Of a stretch of DNA of 64,000 bases, positions 1-13,229 are shown in pieces. The notes below the pieces were generated by a model. It had not been told where the DNA came from. It saw only the letters and a program-made list of their open reading frames with translations, and made no database searches. This DNA is from Blasia pusilla (Eukaryota): contig CM114271.1 of the NCBI GenBank assembly GCA_050084515.1, positions 29,760,001-29,824,000 on the forward strand, given 5' to 3'. The number at the start of each line of letters is the position of its first letter. Within the stretch, counting starts at the first letter, position 1. Both the position numbers and the translations under genes were made by a program.

Positions 1-56
1 CTCTAGATCATAGTGATGTTAGAACTGATTTAAATCAGTCATGTAGTGATCCACCG

Positions 57-2541
57 TTGGAAATTGACAAAACGTTAGATATCCATCGGATGATCAACGA
101 GGCTTTCCATACCTTTGACATGGGACAAGTCCAAGATCTGCCAACAGAGATACAATTAGATGCTAGAATCGAAGATGAGGATCAAGTGCCATTTGAGATG
201 GGGTTAGACGAATCTGAAAGGGGAGGTGGTGAGGAGGAATAGGCTACACAGTCTAAGGTGTTAAGGGATGCTTGTCAACCCTTATTTACGGGTTCTAAAA
301 CTAGCAAACTTGCATTCACCATGTTGTTCTTAAACATATGTGGTACTCATAATGTCTCAAATATTGATGTGGATGAGATCCTAAAATTCTTGGCAGTGCA
401 AGTCATGCCCAATGAGAATGTGGTTCCAAGAAACCACTATGATGCCAAAACATTGATCAATAAGTTGGGTTTGAATTATATTCAAATTCATTGTTGTCCC
501 AATGGTTGTATGCTCTTCAATGGAGAGCATAAGGACTTGTTGAATTGCTCAAAGTGCAACTCCCCTCGATATAAGGTGCAAGGGAAAACAAAGATTGCTA
601 TAAAGGTTCTCAGACACTTTCCAATTATCCCACGGTTAAAACGTATGTATAGATGTAAGACCATAGCTGAACTAATGAAATGGACATCAGAAAACAAAAG
701 TAGCAATGGTAAAGTGCGTCATGCTGGAGATTTTGGACAGTGGAAAGATATAGATGAGCGTTGGCTAGAGTTCATGAACGAGCCTCGTAACTGTCGATTA
801 GGGCTTGCTTTAGATGGAGTAAATCATTTTAGGGACAAGAGTTTAGTTTGGTCAACTTGGCATGTTATTTTCGTGAACTACAATCTTCCACCATGGTTGT
901 GTACAAAGAAATTCTTTCTCCAATTGGCTTTGATCATTCTTGGTAAGGAGTCAGTGTCTTCTCATAACTTAGATGTGTATTTAGCTCCACTTGTAAACGA
1001 GTTTCAACTACTTTGGAAAGGAGTTGTTGCATATGATAGTTTTCTTCCTGAAGGCCAAGATAAGTTCCTTCTTAGAGCCATGATCATATGGACTATTAGT
1101 GACTATCCTGGGCTAGGTGTGGTCTCTGGCCAATGTACCAAGGGAAAACTTGTATGCGTAGTGTGTGGACCACAAGTAAATTCATATTATTCTGAACCTT
1201 TGCATAAGCCAACATTTCAAGGCCACCGACGGTATAAAGATAGGAATCATCCTTACATGAAGATCCAATTTGCGCATCTTTTCAATCGACAGATTGAAAA
1301 TTGTCGAACGCCCAAGCGCGTGACCAATCATGACATATTGAGATGGGCTGAAATGAAGAAGATATTTGATGAAACGCCAAGACCTAGGCACAAGAGGTGT
1401 GAGCAGGTTCTGTTTGATCCCTACAAAGTGTATGGGGTCCAACGAAAGAGCATTCTATTCGAACTGCCTTATTGGAACGTGAGTAAAACCTATTGAAGAT
1501 GCTTGCATTTTTCCATACTTGTCCACACTTTCCATTTCTTATGGTAATTGTGTTGGTTCGATCACCTACTAGTTTCTTTTTTGAGTGCATGGATGAACCC
1601 GAAATTCACATTATTCCTTCTTGATAATTTTTCAGGATTTATTGATCCGTCATACCCTTGACATTATGCATTGTGAAAAAAAATATTGCGGAAAATATGT
1701 TGAAAACCTTGTTTGGTATGAAAAACAAGGACTCGGTTCAAGTTAAGCAAGACATTCAGGTTAGGGGAATTAGACGTCACTTGTGGCTTCAAGCGCATCC
1801 TAGTAGAGCATCTATCAAGTTAAAACCAAAGGCAGATTACCTGCTTACCCCTGAGGAGGTTAAGATATTTGACGCTAGGGTACAAAGTCTAAAAGTTCCT
1901 AGCAGTTATGCTGGCGCTTTACAAAATCATCTGCTACGGAAGAATGTGGGTGCATTTACCATGACCATCATATTTTTATGCAACAACTCTTACCATTCTT
2001 TTTGCGGGGACTCTTGAAAAGCCCAGTAAGGATGACTATCATGCGGATGTCCAGAATTTTTCGACGCCTTTGTGTTAAGACATACAACCCTGAGGATTTA
2101 GAACTCTTAAAAGAAGACGTTTCTACCACGCTTTGCCTCATGGAGATACACTTTCCCCCTTCCTTCTTTGATGTGATGACTCACCTCCTTGTCCATTTGG
2201 TTGAAGAGCTTGATATTTGTGGCCGTGTTCCATGTCGGTGGATGTACCCTGTGGAGAGATATTTGGGTGTATTGAAAAATTATGTCAGATCACATGCCAG
2301 ACCAGAAGGTTGTATGGCCGAAGGATATCTACTTGATGAAGCTTTTGGTTTCATCACCGAGTACATGCAAAACTATGATGTCATACGAACAAGAGTTTGG
2401 GATGCGAGCGAGGACGAAGGAATTATTGGCCAGGTGTTAGAAGGTGTCGGGACCAAGCGTCAAATGAGCTCTGAAATTCTTGAAGTGACACATGCATATA
2501 TGCTCCACAATAGTGAATGTTTCACAATATGGTTGGAGTAA
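57..2541 (+). pseudogene. CACTA TnpD-type transposase (Transposase_21 and DUF4218-like regions), with stops and frameshifts
   Basis: Motifs IHCCPNGCMLF, LRHFPIIPRLKRMY, LGLALDGVN, YNLPPWLC, WTISDYPG, SILFELPYW, FPPSFFDVMTHLLVHL, RWMYPVERYL and PEGCMAEGY. Confidence 0.92.
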
Positions 2542-4099
2542 GTACTAGTGTTGTGTAAACTCTTTCCACCTAGTTTCCTTCTGGCCTTTCTATTTCTATC
2601 GAATCAGATTATTTGTCGAGGCAAGAAATAACTACCTTTTGTAGTTGATGGAGGGTGTTGGATTTTAAAAGTTTGTCATTGTTGGTTATTGTGCAGAAAG
2701 TTTAGAGAGGAGGACAATGGGGATTCCACATTCCTTGGAATTGTGAAAATTAAGTTTTCTAAATGTATTTTTTGGATTTTGGATCTATCTATTTCAGGTA
2801 ATTTACCCAACTTAATGACATATATCTTTTTAAGAAAAAATTCCTAGAGAAGTACTTACAATTGGACCTTATTTGTAGTTTGACATCGGGTCCAATTTCA
2901 ATAGCGTTTGAATGATCATGCCATCGGAGGTGGGCAAAGACTCCGAGACTGATGACAAGACCCGCATTGTAGAGGAGAGTCCCTGCAGTAAATACCATCG
3001 ACTACGTGAGGAGCGTGTGGCTTTTGTGAGAGAGGCGACAAAGAAACTTGGGGAGGAGTTTCGGTAAGAAGTACTCTTTGAACTTGCACTTTGCTGGACT
3101 TACTTTATAATGGTTTAGGTTTTCATCCTTTGTGACTATAATCTTACTAACATTAGATGGATTGGTGGTAAATTTGTTTAGAAGGAGAGTTCTTCCACCT
3201 CTTAACCAGCCTGTTCTTCAAAAGAGAGCAAGAACCAGTGTGGGTGCTTGTTCATCAACTCCAAAGGTATATAATACTCGGAGTGTTGCAGCACAAAAAA
3301 CAATTATGTCGGAGGACTCATAAAATGATGAAGAGAAAGGGTTCAGTAGTTATAGTGGGTCCGATAAAGACTATGATGCAACACCTCAACCATCTTCCCC
3401 TGAAGGTTTAGAACAGATCTAAGTAGCCAAGGGGAAGTCTCCATTAAGGCGGAAGAAGAATCGTGGCAAGGCGGGTGAAGAATGTGTAAGTAACAAGTCT
3501 CTTAATTGCAAGCATTGAAATACTTTCATGGAACTTTATTAGTTCATAGCTTCTTTCTTGCAAATACTAAAATGACTCACTTAAATGAAATTTTTTGGCG
3601 ATAGCGTCCTAGTTCAGGCAAGAAGCAAAAAGAAAGCGAGAAGAATCCACTTTCCCATCTTCCCAGAGTCCTACAATAGCCGATTCTTGGGATGTACCCA
3701 AGGTTCCTCATGCCCACACAATGGCCTTCGGCCATGTCACCTACTCAAAAGGATCCTAAACACCTGCCATAATGTCTCATGAAGTTAGAAGTTTGAGCAA
3801 GGGGTCATTTTTGCAGGCTCCATGAGCCCTTACAAGCATATTGTTGATGCATATTGAAGTATGGCATGCAGGTTCTATCCCTCCTGGATGGGGCCAACCC
3901 CCTGGCTTCTTTGGTGGACATTTCTTTGCCCCAAATCCTGGACTTGCCCCATAGGTTCCACCAACTGATCACCAACCTAGTCCACTTGGTAAGATAAGTC
4001 ACTATATTAATGGGTTCACATTATGTTTGATTGGACCATGTAGTAAGGAGAGGGATTCTGATTTTTCTCAAGTGTAGAAGTGGGAAATTTTTGGTGTAG

Positions 4100-6390
4100 A
4101 ATCATCTATTAAATGGATGAAGAGAAAGGAGGATTATAATGCATGGAAGGCCGCCAGCAAAATTCGAGAGCGAGCTGGGCTAAAACTCTTGGTTGAGGTC
4201 ACAACAGAGGATGAGATAGTAGATGGTTGTGACGGAAAAAGTAGTTGGTACGATGAAGTAAAGGTTGCAGTGCATCGACACTTAGACATCAACATTATTG
4301 ATGTTGCTAAACAAACATATACAGATTTGAAAGTTGTGCGTAGGGATGTTGATGCCCACTATTAATACACGGGGGTGAACTTAGTGAGAAATTTTGGCGA
4401 AACTCTCTCCAAGAACTAATGAAGAGAGAGAGGGCTCGATTGAAGAGGATGTGGATAGAGGCACGGTGTTCTCCCGAATGCCCCTCTCCTCCGGATGTGA
4501 ATCCTAAGAGTTGGGAAAGTTTGAAATCATATTGGTTGTCTCCCGAAGGACAAAACAAATCCAAGCGTATGAAAGCCAATCGCTCAAAGGTGGAGAATCC
4601 CAATCCTAATGGAAGGCGTGGTTATGCAGGAGCAAAGCACACTTTGGTAAACTTTAGCTTTTGTTCTCAATATCTCTTCCAACAAGTTTACATTCTATTT
4701 CTAGATCTTCTACACATCTAAAGCTTAAATTGCAATCCTAACCTGATTTGATGGAATGTAGCGGAAAGAGATGGGAGGGAGAAGTCCATCACTACAAGAC
4801 ATTGAGGAGTCTTTGGATGCAGGAAAAGCATCCCCGATCCAAACAACTATTAATAAGGTAAGCTAATTTGTGACCTTCTTGATAATTATGTTACAAAAAA
4901 TAGAAGTTGTCTTGGCATAGTATTCTTAATTGGCTTGCTACATGACGTTGCTACACTTTCAAAAGTTGACTTGCTATATGTTATTCAAAATTGGCTTGTT
5001 GTAAAATTCTCTTACAATTTCAGAAGTTGTCTTGCTGTATGATATTCAAAATTGGCTTGTTGTAAATTTCTCTTAAAAATTCATAAGTTGTCTTGGCATA
5101 GTATTCAAAATTGGCCTTATTTAAAGTGAAATTACAAATATAGAAGTTTCTTTAGCATAGTATGGTGAATTGGCTTGCTGTAAAGTGAACTTAGAAGTTG
5201 GTCATGTGACATAATATTGTATCTTCATCCATTTTTTCTAACCAAAAAATATCTCACTTGTATGTTGGTATTGTTTCTTAGAGTGGTTTATCCACCTTAA
5301 CATATAGAATACAAGTGGTGGAAAATGACTTGGGTGGTCTCAAATCAAGCATGGAAATCTTGATGGGAATGATGACAGAACTAAAGGGTATGGTAAGTAA
5401 GGGACAAAACAATACACCACCTCCTCTACAACCAGTTGAGATCCCTAAGGTTGTGGTGATCCCAAAAATTTCCAATTCTATTCTTGATCCTCTCGGTGAG
5501 AATATCGCATCTATTGAAGTTCAAGCATCTTCTTCACTTGATAATCTTATAGAGAGACAAGATACTATGCTTATCTCTACTCTAAAAAAACCTCAGGAAG
5601 TTATCTCTGTGCCCAAGAATGTACAGTGTGTCTCTATTGGCATGGAGGAGACTCGTGAATCCGTGATTGCTGCCCCTAAAGAGCCTCAACAAGAATCTAG
5701 AATGGTTGTGGAGCCACTTCAAAATCTTGTTGGGGATAAAAAAAAAGGAAAAAGAATTGAAGCAAAAAAGCAAGCCCACGAAGAAGGGTTCAACGCTTCT
5801 CGAGAGGAAAGAAAGAAATATGGTGAGTCAATTCTGTAACTCTACGTGATCTGAACCTTTGTATGATCTTCGATTTTTAGTTTGATTCAATAAGATTGTA
5901 GTATTAAAAGAACTTGTGGTTCAATTTTTGCTTTGATGACTTAATTGATTGCAGCAAGTGAGCTATACATCCAACATTCCAAGCCCTGGTTGGAGTTTCA
6001 TGAAGGTACAATTTTCAGATTGACAGTAAAAAAATGCTTTATCTACCTATGTGTATGCTTCAGGTGATTTCTTATGGGTTGATTAATTGCATTGTGTGGC
6101 TTTTGCAGTTGAGTATAGGAGATACAATCTTTCTATCACAGAGCCGAAGAGGTTGGGAACATGTAGGCATTGGCCGCATATCAGGCATTGCTGGTAGGGA
6201 TTATTGTCATGGAAAAATTATTCCATTGGGACTTGTCAAAGTGGATGTATTGACCATCATTGATGGAGATGCAGAGCTTCCATTTCCAAACCTGGAAGAT
6301 GATCCCCCCCACACACTTTTGGCGCATGCTTCTGGCACTAGTATCTTATGGCCAGAGAAATCAGTGAAGAAGATTTCACTCCGAAGTTAG
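4100..6390 (+). pseudogene. CACTA second gene (TnpA/TNP1-like) exon fragments, with a C-terminal beta-rich exon (6109-6390)
   Basis: W..LKSYWLSPE..KSKRMKANR motif typical of Transposase_24-like proteins. The last exon LSIGDTIFL...CHGKIIPLGLVKVDV...ILWP is homologous to the exon at 41209-41464 in the second CACTA. Confidence 0.7.
4895..5200 (+). repeat. ~60-bp tandem repeat (about 5 copies) in a CACTA intron
   Basis: Recurring AGAAGTTGTCTTG...TATTCAAAATTGGCTTG at ~60-bp spacing. Confidence 0.8.
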
Positions 6391-9300
6391 TTAGGGCTCC
6401 TTTCTTTTTCCATCATGGCTCTATATTTTGTTCTAGTTGAGGAAATCTTCCATTTTTTGTTGATCCTCTATGGAATAAAGCTAGATTAGGTGTGAACAAA
6501 TGATTGTATGCATTCACTGTTAAAAATATTATGGTTTGCTCGATGTCATGCTTCTGATAAATGATGTGCAACCACACAACTCAATGTATTGAAATGAGTG
6601 TATGTGAGACATTCATTCCTAAAGAAATTAATAGTCAGTTCAATCTACATAAACAATCAAACAACAATAAAAGAAATAATCTTAATAACGTAATGAAACT
6701 AGACCTAGTTTTTAAGCAGATTCCAACACTATAGAACTAAAAAAGAATGACTATACTTAGTTACACTTATATAAAAAGAAGGGACCACTAGTTATTTATC
6801 AAATACCAAAATTGTACATTTAGAAATAATGTATATTTAGTTTCAAATATACAACCACATATAACCACTAGTTTTTAATCAAATACCAAAACTATACACT
6901 AAAGAGAATGACTATATTTCGTTACAAGGATACAACTAGAAACAATCACTGGTTTAGGATAACTGTAAGTAGTTTCATACAAAACACTTAAAATGGATTC
7001 TATATAAAATCAATAACTAGAATGACTACATTTAGTGTCAAATAGTAGCAGGGCAATATTTGTATACACTACAAGTAGAACCTTTGTCCACGTGTCACAC
7101 TTGTACTTCGACCACTCATTATTTACCACGTGTCAGAATCGTACAAACATCCACGTAAGCATCACAAGAATTCCATGTTATACTCAGTGGATTGATGACT
7201 AGGATTCTATCTACTTGTACACTTTCCAGCTCAGCGTTAAGAATTTATGCCAACGTGTCATTTTGACACTAGAAATCCTATAGGATGAGTCCTTTGATAC
7301 AACTTGTTTTCTAGTTATAAGTTAGTGTTATTAGTCCAGGAGAACTAAACTGAGTATTAAATTATAGTGGATTTTGGATTTAAATCCTTCTAGTGATGAG
7401 TGCGTCTAGAGGGAGCCATGTCATTTTCCACGTAGGTATGTGAAATTTTGGAATCCCCATTAATTTTGCTCCTTTTTTTTCATCTAAGTGTTGGTGTACC
7501 TTATTTGTATTTAGTTTATGACTTTACACGTTTAGCCATTTTTCATTACTTACACAAGTGAGTCATATAAATTTTCAGTATGACTATACACAAGACTGAC
7601 TACTTGCTAAGTCATTTCAAATATGACTATACCATATCCTAAGATTTCTCTATGACTTAGTCATATTTGTATATGACTAGAACTTTACTATTATATGGTG
7701 TGATATGACTTCTATCCGACTGGAAAACATTCTAGTCATATGCTTGAGTCATGAAGAACCTCAGACATTCTAGTACTAGTCATAAAAACCACTATTTTCT
7801 TCTAGTGTCGGTACGCCATGCCTACTCCTAAGGAGATCTTTGATGCGGTAGGGCATGCAAAGATCTTCAGTACTTTAGATCTCTGTGCTGGCTATCATCA
7901 GCTTCCTATCAGGTTGGAGGACAGGGAGAAGACAATATTCTAAGGGATAGATCGGTTCGGAAGAGATTGCTTGTACCATTGGCGGTTCTTACCATTTGGG
8001 TTGAAGAACGCGCCTGCAGAGTTTCAGAGAGTGATGGATAGGATTCTGGCTGGCTTGGATTTTGAACGTTATTACAAAGATGATATTCCTATCTTTAGTT
8101 CCACGGATGAGGAGCATAAGCGACACTTGGAAGAGGTGTTTTGGCTTTTGCAGTTACATGGACTGAAGTTACATTGAGGAAAGTGCAGATTGAGTACTTG
8201 GGACACACCATATATCCAAGTGGGTTAGGCGTTCAGTAGACAAAGGTGGAGGCTATTGCGCAGATTCTATGCCCTACAAATGTGAGTTGAGTCCGAGCGT
8301 TTCTTGGACTGGAAAACTTCTATCGACGGTATGTCAAGGGTTTTAGTGCGATCGCAAAGTCTTTGACCTTGTTGACAAGACTTGATCAATTTTGGTTATG
8401 GGAAGATGATCAGGAGCGAGCATTTTAGGAGCTCAAGGACAAGTTCACGTCCTCACCCATTTTATAGAGACCGATTAGGGGTTGCCCATTCCAATTACAT
8501 ACGGATTGGAGGATGTTGGGTCTAGGAGCAGTGCTTACTCAGAGAGATAATGAGGAAAGGGAGTTCGTTGTGGCTTACGCGAGCCGATTGAACAACATTG
8601 CAGAGGCAAAGTACAGCTCCTACGAGGGAGAGTGCTTGACTATAGTGTGGGCCGTGGCACATTTCAGGTGCTATTTATTCGGCAACCCTTTCACACTTAT
8701 AACTAATCAGCAACCGTTGAGGTGGTTGATAGAATCCGACAAGCTTATAGGAAATCTTGCCATGTGGGCTCTATTACTGCAAGAGTATGAGTTTGAGATG
8801 GTTCACAAGCCAGGTTGGCTAAACCAGGATGCGGATGGGTTGAGTCGTAACCCATGTCCGAGTCACTGAGACGTCACAAGAGCTCGATGAGGTGATGGTA
8901 GGGTTTAGGGTTTAGGCACGGAGAGAATGATGAGGTGATGGTGCCCGACTGGCATGCATCTGCCTATCTTTGTTGGTTGACTATAGTAGGTCAGCCACAG
9001 GTGATGACTCCAATGGTGGGGTTGGATGATGAGTCTTTGTATTCGAAGGTTTGTGAGGAGGCGACAGGTGGTCGTGATATCCATGACGACGTGGAGGTTG
9101 TGGAGTTCTTGCGCACTCGCGTCATAGCGAGCATAGTGAGTGCTAGGGAGCGGGATCGAATCCTACAGTGAGCCAGGAGGTTCAGGTGGGAGGGGACTTA
9201 TATTTTATGGGTATGGGGAGATGGTAGGATACGAGTGGTATCTCATCCTTCCTAGTCAACACGTGTAGTGCGACATGCCCATGAGGAGTTTGGGCATTTT

Positions 9301-10368
9301 GGAGTAAAGCGTACTTACAGCTTACTCCAGGTTTAGTATTGGTGGCGTGGCATGCAAACTGGGGTACAATAGTTTGTGGCCAGATATATGGTATGTGACA
9401 GAGTGCAAGCATCCTTCAATGCTCCCTCTTCGTAGTTACATCCTTTGCCGATTATGGGTTTAGGTTATTGGTGGAGTTTAGACTTTGCGGGACCTTTGCC
9501 ATTGACAAGGCGTCATCATAGGTACGTGTTGGTCATGGTGGAGCATTTCTCCAAGTGAATAGAGTTGGTGGCACTACCAGACAAGGCAAGCAAGGGAACA
9601 GCTTATGCGTTTCTAGATTGTGTGCTTAGTCACTTTGGTGCACCGGCGGAGGTGTTGAATGACCAGGGTACCGAGTTCAGGGGAGAGTTTCAGACCTTGT
9701 GTGATCACGCACTAATAGATCACTGCACCACGTCCATAGATCATCTTGAGGCGGATGGGTTGGCGGAGAGAGTAGTACAGACGATGAAGAGAGGATTCCT
9801 CAAGTATGGCTTGCAGCGGGGACAGTTGAGGGAGTGGGACCTATAGTTGCTATGGTTGTCTATGGGTTATCGCTTTAGTCGGCAAGCATCCTTGGCGTCC
9901 TTTTCACCATACTTTTTGCTCTTTGGGAGAGAGCCAGATTTACCTGCAACTATTGGACTTGACATGGCGGAGGTATTAGATCTTGATGATCAAGATGTGT
10001 GGGTACAAGTGTGTTCTCAGAGGGCGGAGATTTTTCGTAGAGTTATGCCTATGGCCTTTGAGAACTTAGCTATTGCTCAGCATAGAGATACATTGAGGTA
10101 CACAACTATTTGTGGAGGAGGTTATTCTCTAGGGATTAGGAGGCTTCATCATGGAGATTACGTGTATTTACATCAGGCGGCACCCATGACCCTAGATGTC
10201 ACTACAAGGCGCACGATCCTACGTGTGCGCGAGGTATTACCGACCAGAGTCCTCATGTTGGAGGGACATGATGGTATGGTTTGGAAGGATCATGTGCGCA
10301 ATTATGCGCCATGTCATCTTCCGAACGTAGACGAGACAATGGATCTAAGCTTGGCAATTGTACTTGCA

Positions 10369-10518
10369 GGCTTGAGGTGTATGTTTTGTGGATCTGCGAG
10401 GGATGCAGCCACCATGTTGGTATGTGATGGTTTTTCTCGAGGGTGGCATATGTCATGTCTGACCCCCCCTCTTGATGTAGTTCCCACGGGACCATGGATG
10501 TGTCCGAGATGTGTATAG
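10369..10518 (+). other. PHD finger at the integrase C-terminus
   Basis: CMFC-x11-CDGF-x3-WHMSCLTPPL-x2-VPTGPWMCPRC fits the C4HC3 pattern, with the 4th Cys changed to Phe. Confidence 0.88.
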
Positions 10519-10593
10519 GGTAATAGCTCATGTCAGATAGATGTGATATTTTCTATCTGGAGTTAGGGGGATCCAACTCCAAGCTAGGGAGGC

Positions 10594-11351
10594 CGTTGTG
10601 TAATCTCCATGTATATATATGAGTTGATTTCTTTACATGTCTCGATCAAGCTTTGTGTAGGGAAGATCGGTGTTGTCTCGTGAAGATATGACCAGCGATG
10701 TATGTTGTATAGCGATATGTATGCGCACCACAGCTATCACCTCTGAGTAGCCGATAGGCCGAGATCTATCGTGGATAGGGCGTAGGAGCTAGCGGACTAT
10801 CTTGAGTGTAACTTTGTCCCACAATTTTGGATGAGGTTGAGGATAGTTCCATTGTGTCAGGAACGTTGTTTTTGATGACTTTCCTATTGAGGTCTTTCAC
10901 AACCGGGCGACTTGTTGACCAGGTCACCCGCTCCTGCTAACGTGTGTTGTAGGTTATCAAGGGGATGGCTATTTTTAGGGGAAGAGCCTTTTGGCTCTTC
11001 CCTACCCTATATAAGAGAGGAAGATGGCTTTCCTAAGCCATCTTTCTCATGTTGGACCGTTGGAGCACCTCTCTTGTATGTGTGTGAGATAGGACTAGGG
11101 TGCTAGTGTCCGGATTCCTTGATAGCACAAGGTGGACGACGATCGATATGCCGATGTAGATTGAGGAGTGGAGTTTTAGGCCAGGTGTGTCATTTTTACT
11201 ACTCTTTATTTTTGTTGTGTGATCTCCATGTATATGTATGAGTTGATTTCTGTACATGTCTGGATCTACCCGTGTGTGGAGAAGATCGGTGTTGCGTGGT
11301 GTAGATTTGACCAGCGATGTATGTTTTGTAGCGATATGTATGCGCACGACA
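10594..11351 (+). repeat. 3' LTR region bounded by two 139-bp direct repeats (10594-10732 and 11213-11351)
   Basis: Follows the purine-rich AAGCTAGGGAGG tract (putative PPT). TATA-like CCCTATATAAG near 11006. Both repeats run (T/C)GTTGTG...GCGCAC(C/G)ACA. Confidence 0.75.
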
Positions 11352-13229
11352 CCATTCAGAGGCATGCATGCGTTTAGTGCCTTTCTCGGAATATTTTAAG
11401 GTTGGACATTTTAGGATTCGGATGCATGCACCGCATCTAACGGTTTTTTGAAATGATGCTTTAAATTCTGTAGTGAGCCATCTACCATCATGACAAGGGT
11501 GTCAGGATTTTTGAAGGGTTGTATTCATTTATGTCTTGAGATAGTTAGAATCGTGAGAAGGCACATCTGGTGATGTAGACTCTCTTCCCATGGACGGCAG
11601 ATCAGAGGGTTTTGGAGTTCTCAGGAGACTGTATAGGATGAATTTATTTACACATTCACTCCGATTGGATACAATGTCCGTTTCATTCACATACTCAGCA
11701 CTCAAGTTTCGATCTACTCAATGCCATGACTTTGCCATCTATGAACATTTAGGTTTTGATTTACTCAATGCCATAAGTTTACCATTCATGCTTAATACGA
11801 AGGTTTATTCCAGTGTTAGATTCCTCTAGGAGTTCTCAAGTGTCTTTGAAATACCCCAAGCATAGTTTAGCTCAACTTTAACACCTATGCTTTGATATGC
11901 TTTGACAATCTGTATCTCTGTGCTTTGTGATTGCAAGTACTATAATAACTAGCAGCTACCACTTGAATTTTAGTTGATCAACATCTCCTAGTTCAAGCCA
12001 CCTCCCGACTCCAACTACTGCAGCTCTTGAATTATTCATATTTTTTGGCTTTTGCTTTGTGGATTGCATGTGCTGATTGCAGTTCAAGTTCAAGTCACCT
12101 CCTGTCTCGAATCAACAAAAGCTCTAGATTCAGCTCCACCTCCGGCACCTCCCTAAAACCTCATGTGTTCAGCCTCCAGCCCCTGCAACTCTCGGATCAC
12201 CTCTTGTGTTCAACTTTAGCTCCTACAACTCCAACTCCTATCTCTACAAAACTTTCGTCAACAAAGGTGCACAACAAAGTGTGAGTGAAGAAAACAATTT
12301 TGTCAACCAAAGTACTCTGGTTGACATGATTGTTTTCTACACTCAAAATATGTTGTAGGTTTAGGGTTGCAATTGACCCTATGCCTACAATAGTGGGTTA
12401 AGAGCCACCTTCCATAGATAGAAATTCAAAGCCGCATATCACTGGGTATTTTACTCAAAATAATAAGTTTCTCACAAGGTCCAGGGTGTTTTTTTTTCCC
12501 TTTTAGTGAATATCGAGGTGAATATCCGGTCATTCAAATATCTCATCGGTTTTCTAAAGTAGGTGACCGGCTGTAATCTTTAAAAATTAGAACGGGCGGA
12601 AAAAATTGGGGATTTTGTTTTCTCTCACTTGAAATCTGATTTTTTTAATTCTCAAGGGGTTAATTTTTTACCCTTCCAGAAACTTGCCGATCTATTTTTG
12701 GTTGAGTTGTAAATAAATGGTCTGGTTTTTTCCACCCTCTTTTCTATTTGCTTACATTTTGGTTCCTATATCTTATATTTTGAGCCATCTTTGTTAACTC
12801 CTTCCACGTTGAGCTCTAAGGAAAAGAACATATACAAAATACATACAAGACCCATTTTGCTTGCAAACTATGCACTACAACTCTTCTATCCAAGCACATT
12901 ATAAATTCAAGCCCACTTTTCATCATAGTAACCTTCAAGTATCCTTGGCAGGAGTTGAACTTGGCCATACCTCCCAACGAGTTGGAAGCCAAGGATCTTG
13001 CCCCTTGAGAATACTTGAAGCCTTGTGGCTCCTAAGTATCCTAAAGGGGCTCGAAGTCTACAAGAAGGTGGAAGGACGTACTACTTACTATGAGGATATG
13101 CTTGTTGAATCTGTTGTTCTTTGGAAAACTTTTGCAAATTTTAGGTATCTGTATGCTAATCCAAATAATAGATAACTTTCTCCTCGTGTAGAAGATGAAT
13201 CCCTTCCACCTTCTATTGATCTGTCTAAT

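Larger units (their letters stand above)
1..7807 (+). mobile_element. CACTA (En/Spm) DNA transposon 1, decayed; 5' end outside the window
   Basis: Ends in GTCATAAAAACCACTATTTTCTTCTAGTG (reverse complement CACTAGAAGAAAATAGTGG...) at 7807. Dense TATGACT/AGTCATA subterminal repeats at ~7500-7790. Contains TnpD-like and TnpA-like ORF fragments. Confidence 0.93.
7808..11351 (+). mobile_element. Ty3/gypsy LTR retrotransposon, 3' part (RT, RNase H, integrase, PHD finger, 3' LTR region), decayed and interrupted by CACTA 1
   Basis: RT: RYAMPTP, FSTLDL.AGYHQ, LPFGLKNAPAEFQR, YKDD. RNase H: GLGAVLTQ, YSSYEGECL, WALLLQEYEF, ADGLSR. Integrase: DFAGPL, DQGTEF, DGLAERVVQ, SPYFLLFGR. Domain order RT-RH-IN. 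Terminates in ...GCGCACGACA at 11351. Confidence 0.93.

Noticed and set aside
11352-12480. Decayed coding-like sequence on the minus strand (coiled-coil-like stretch, CxxC)
   Set aside because: Many stops and no recognisable family.
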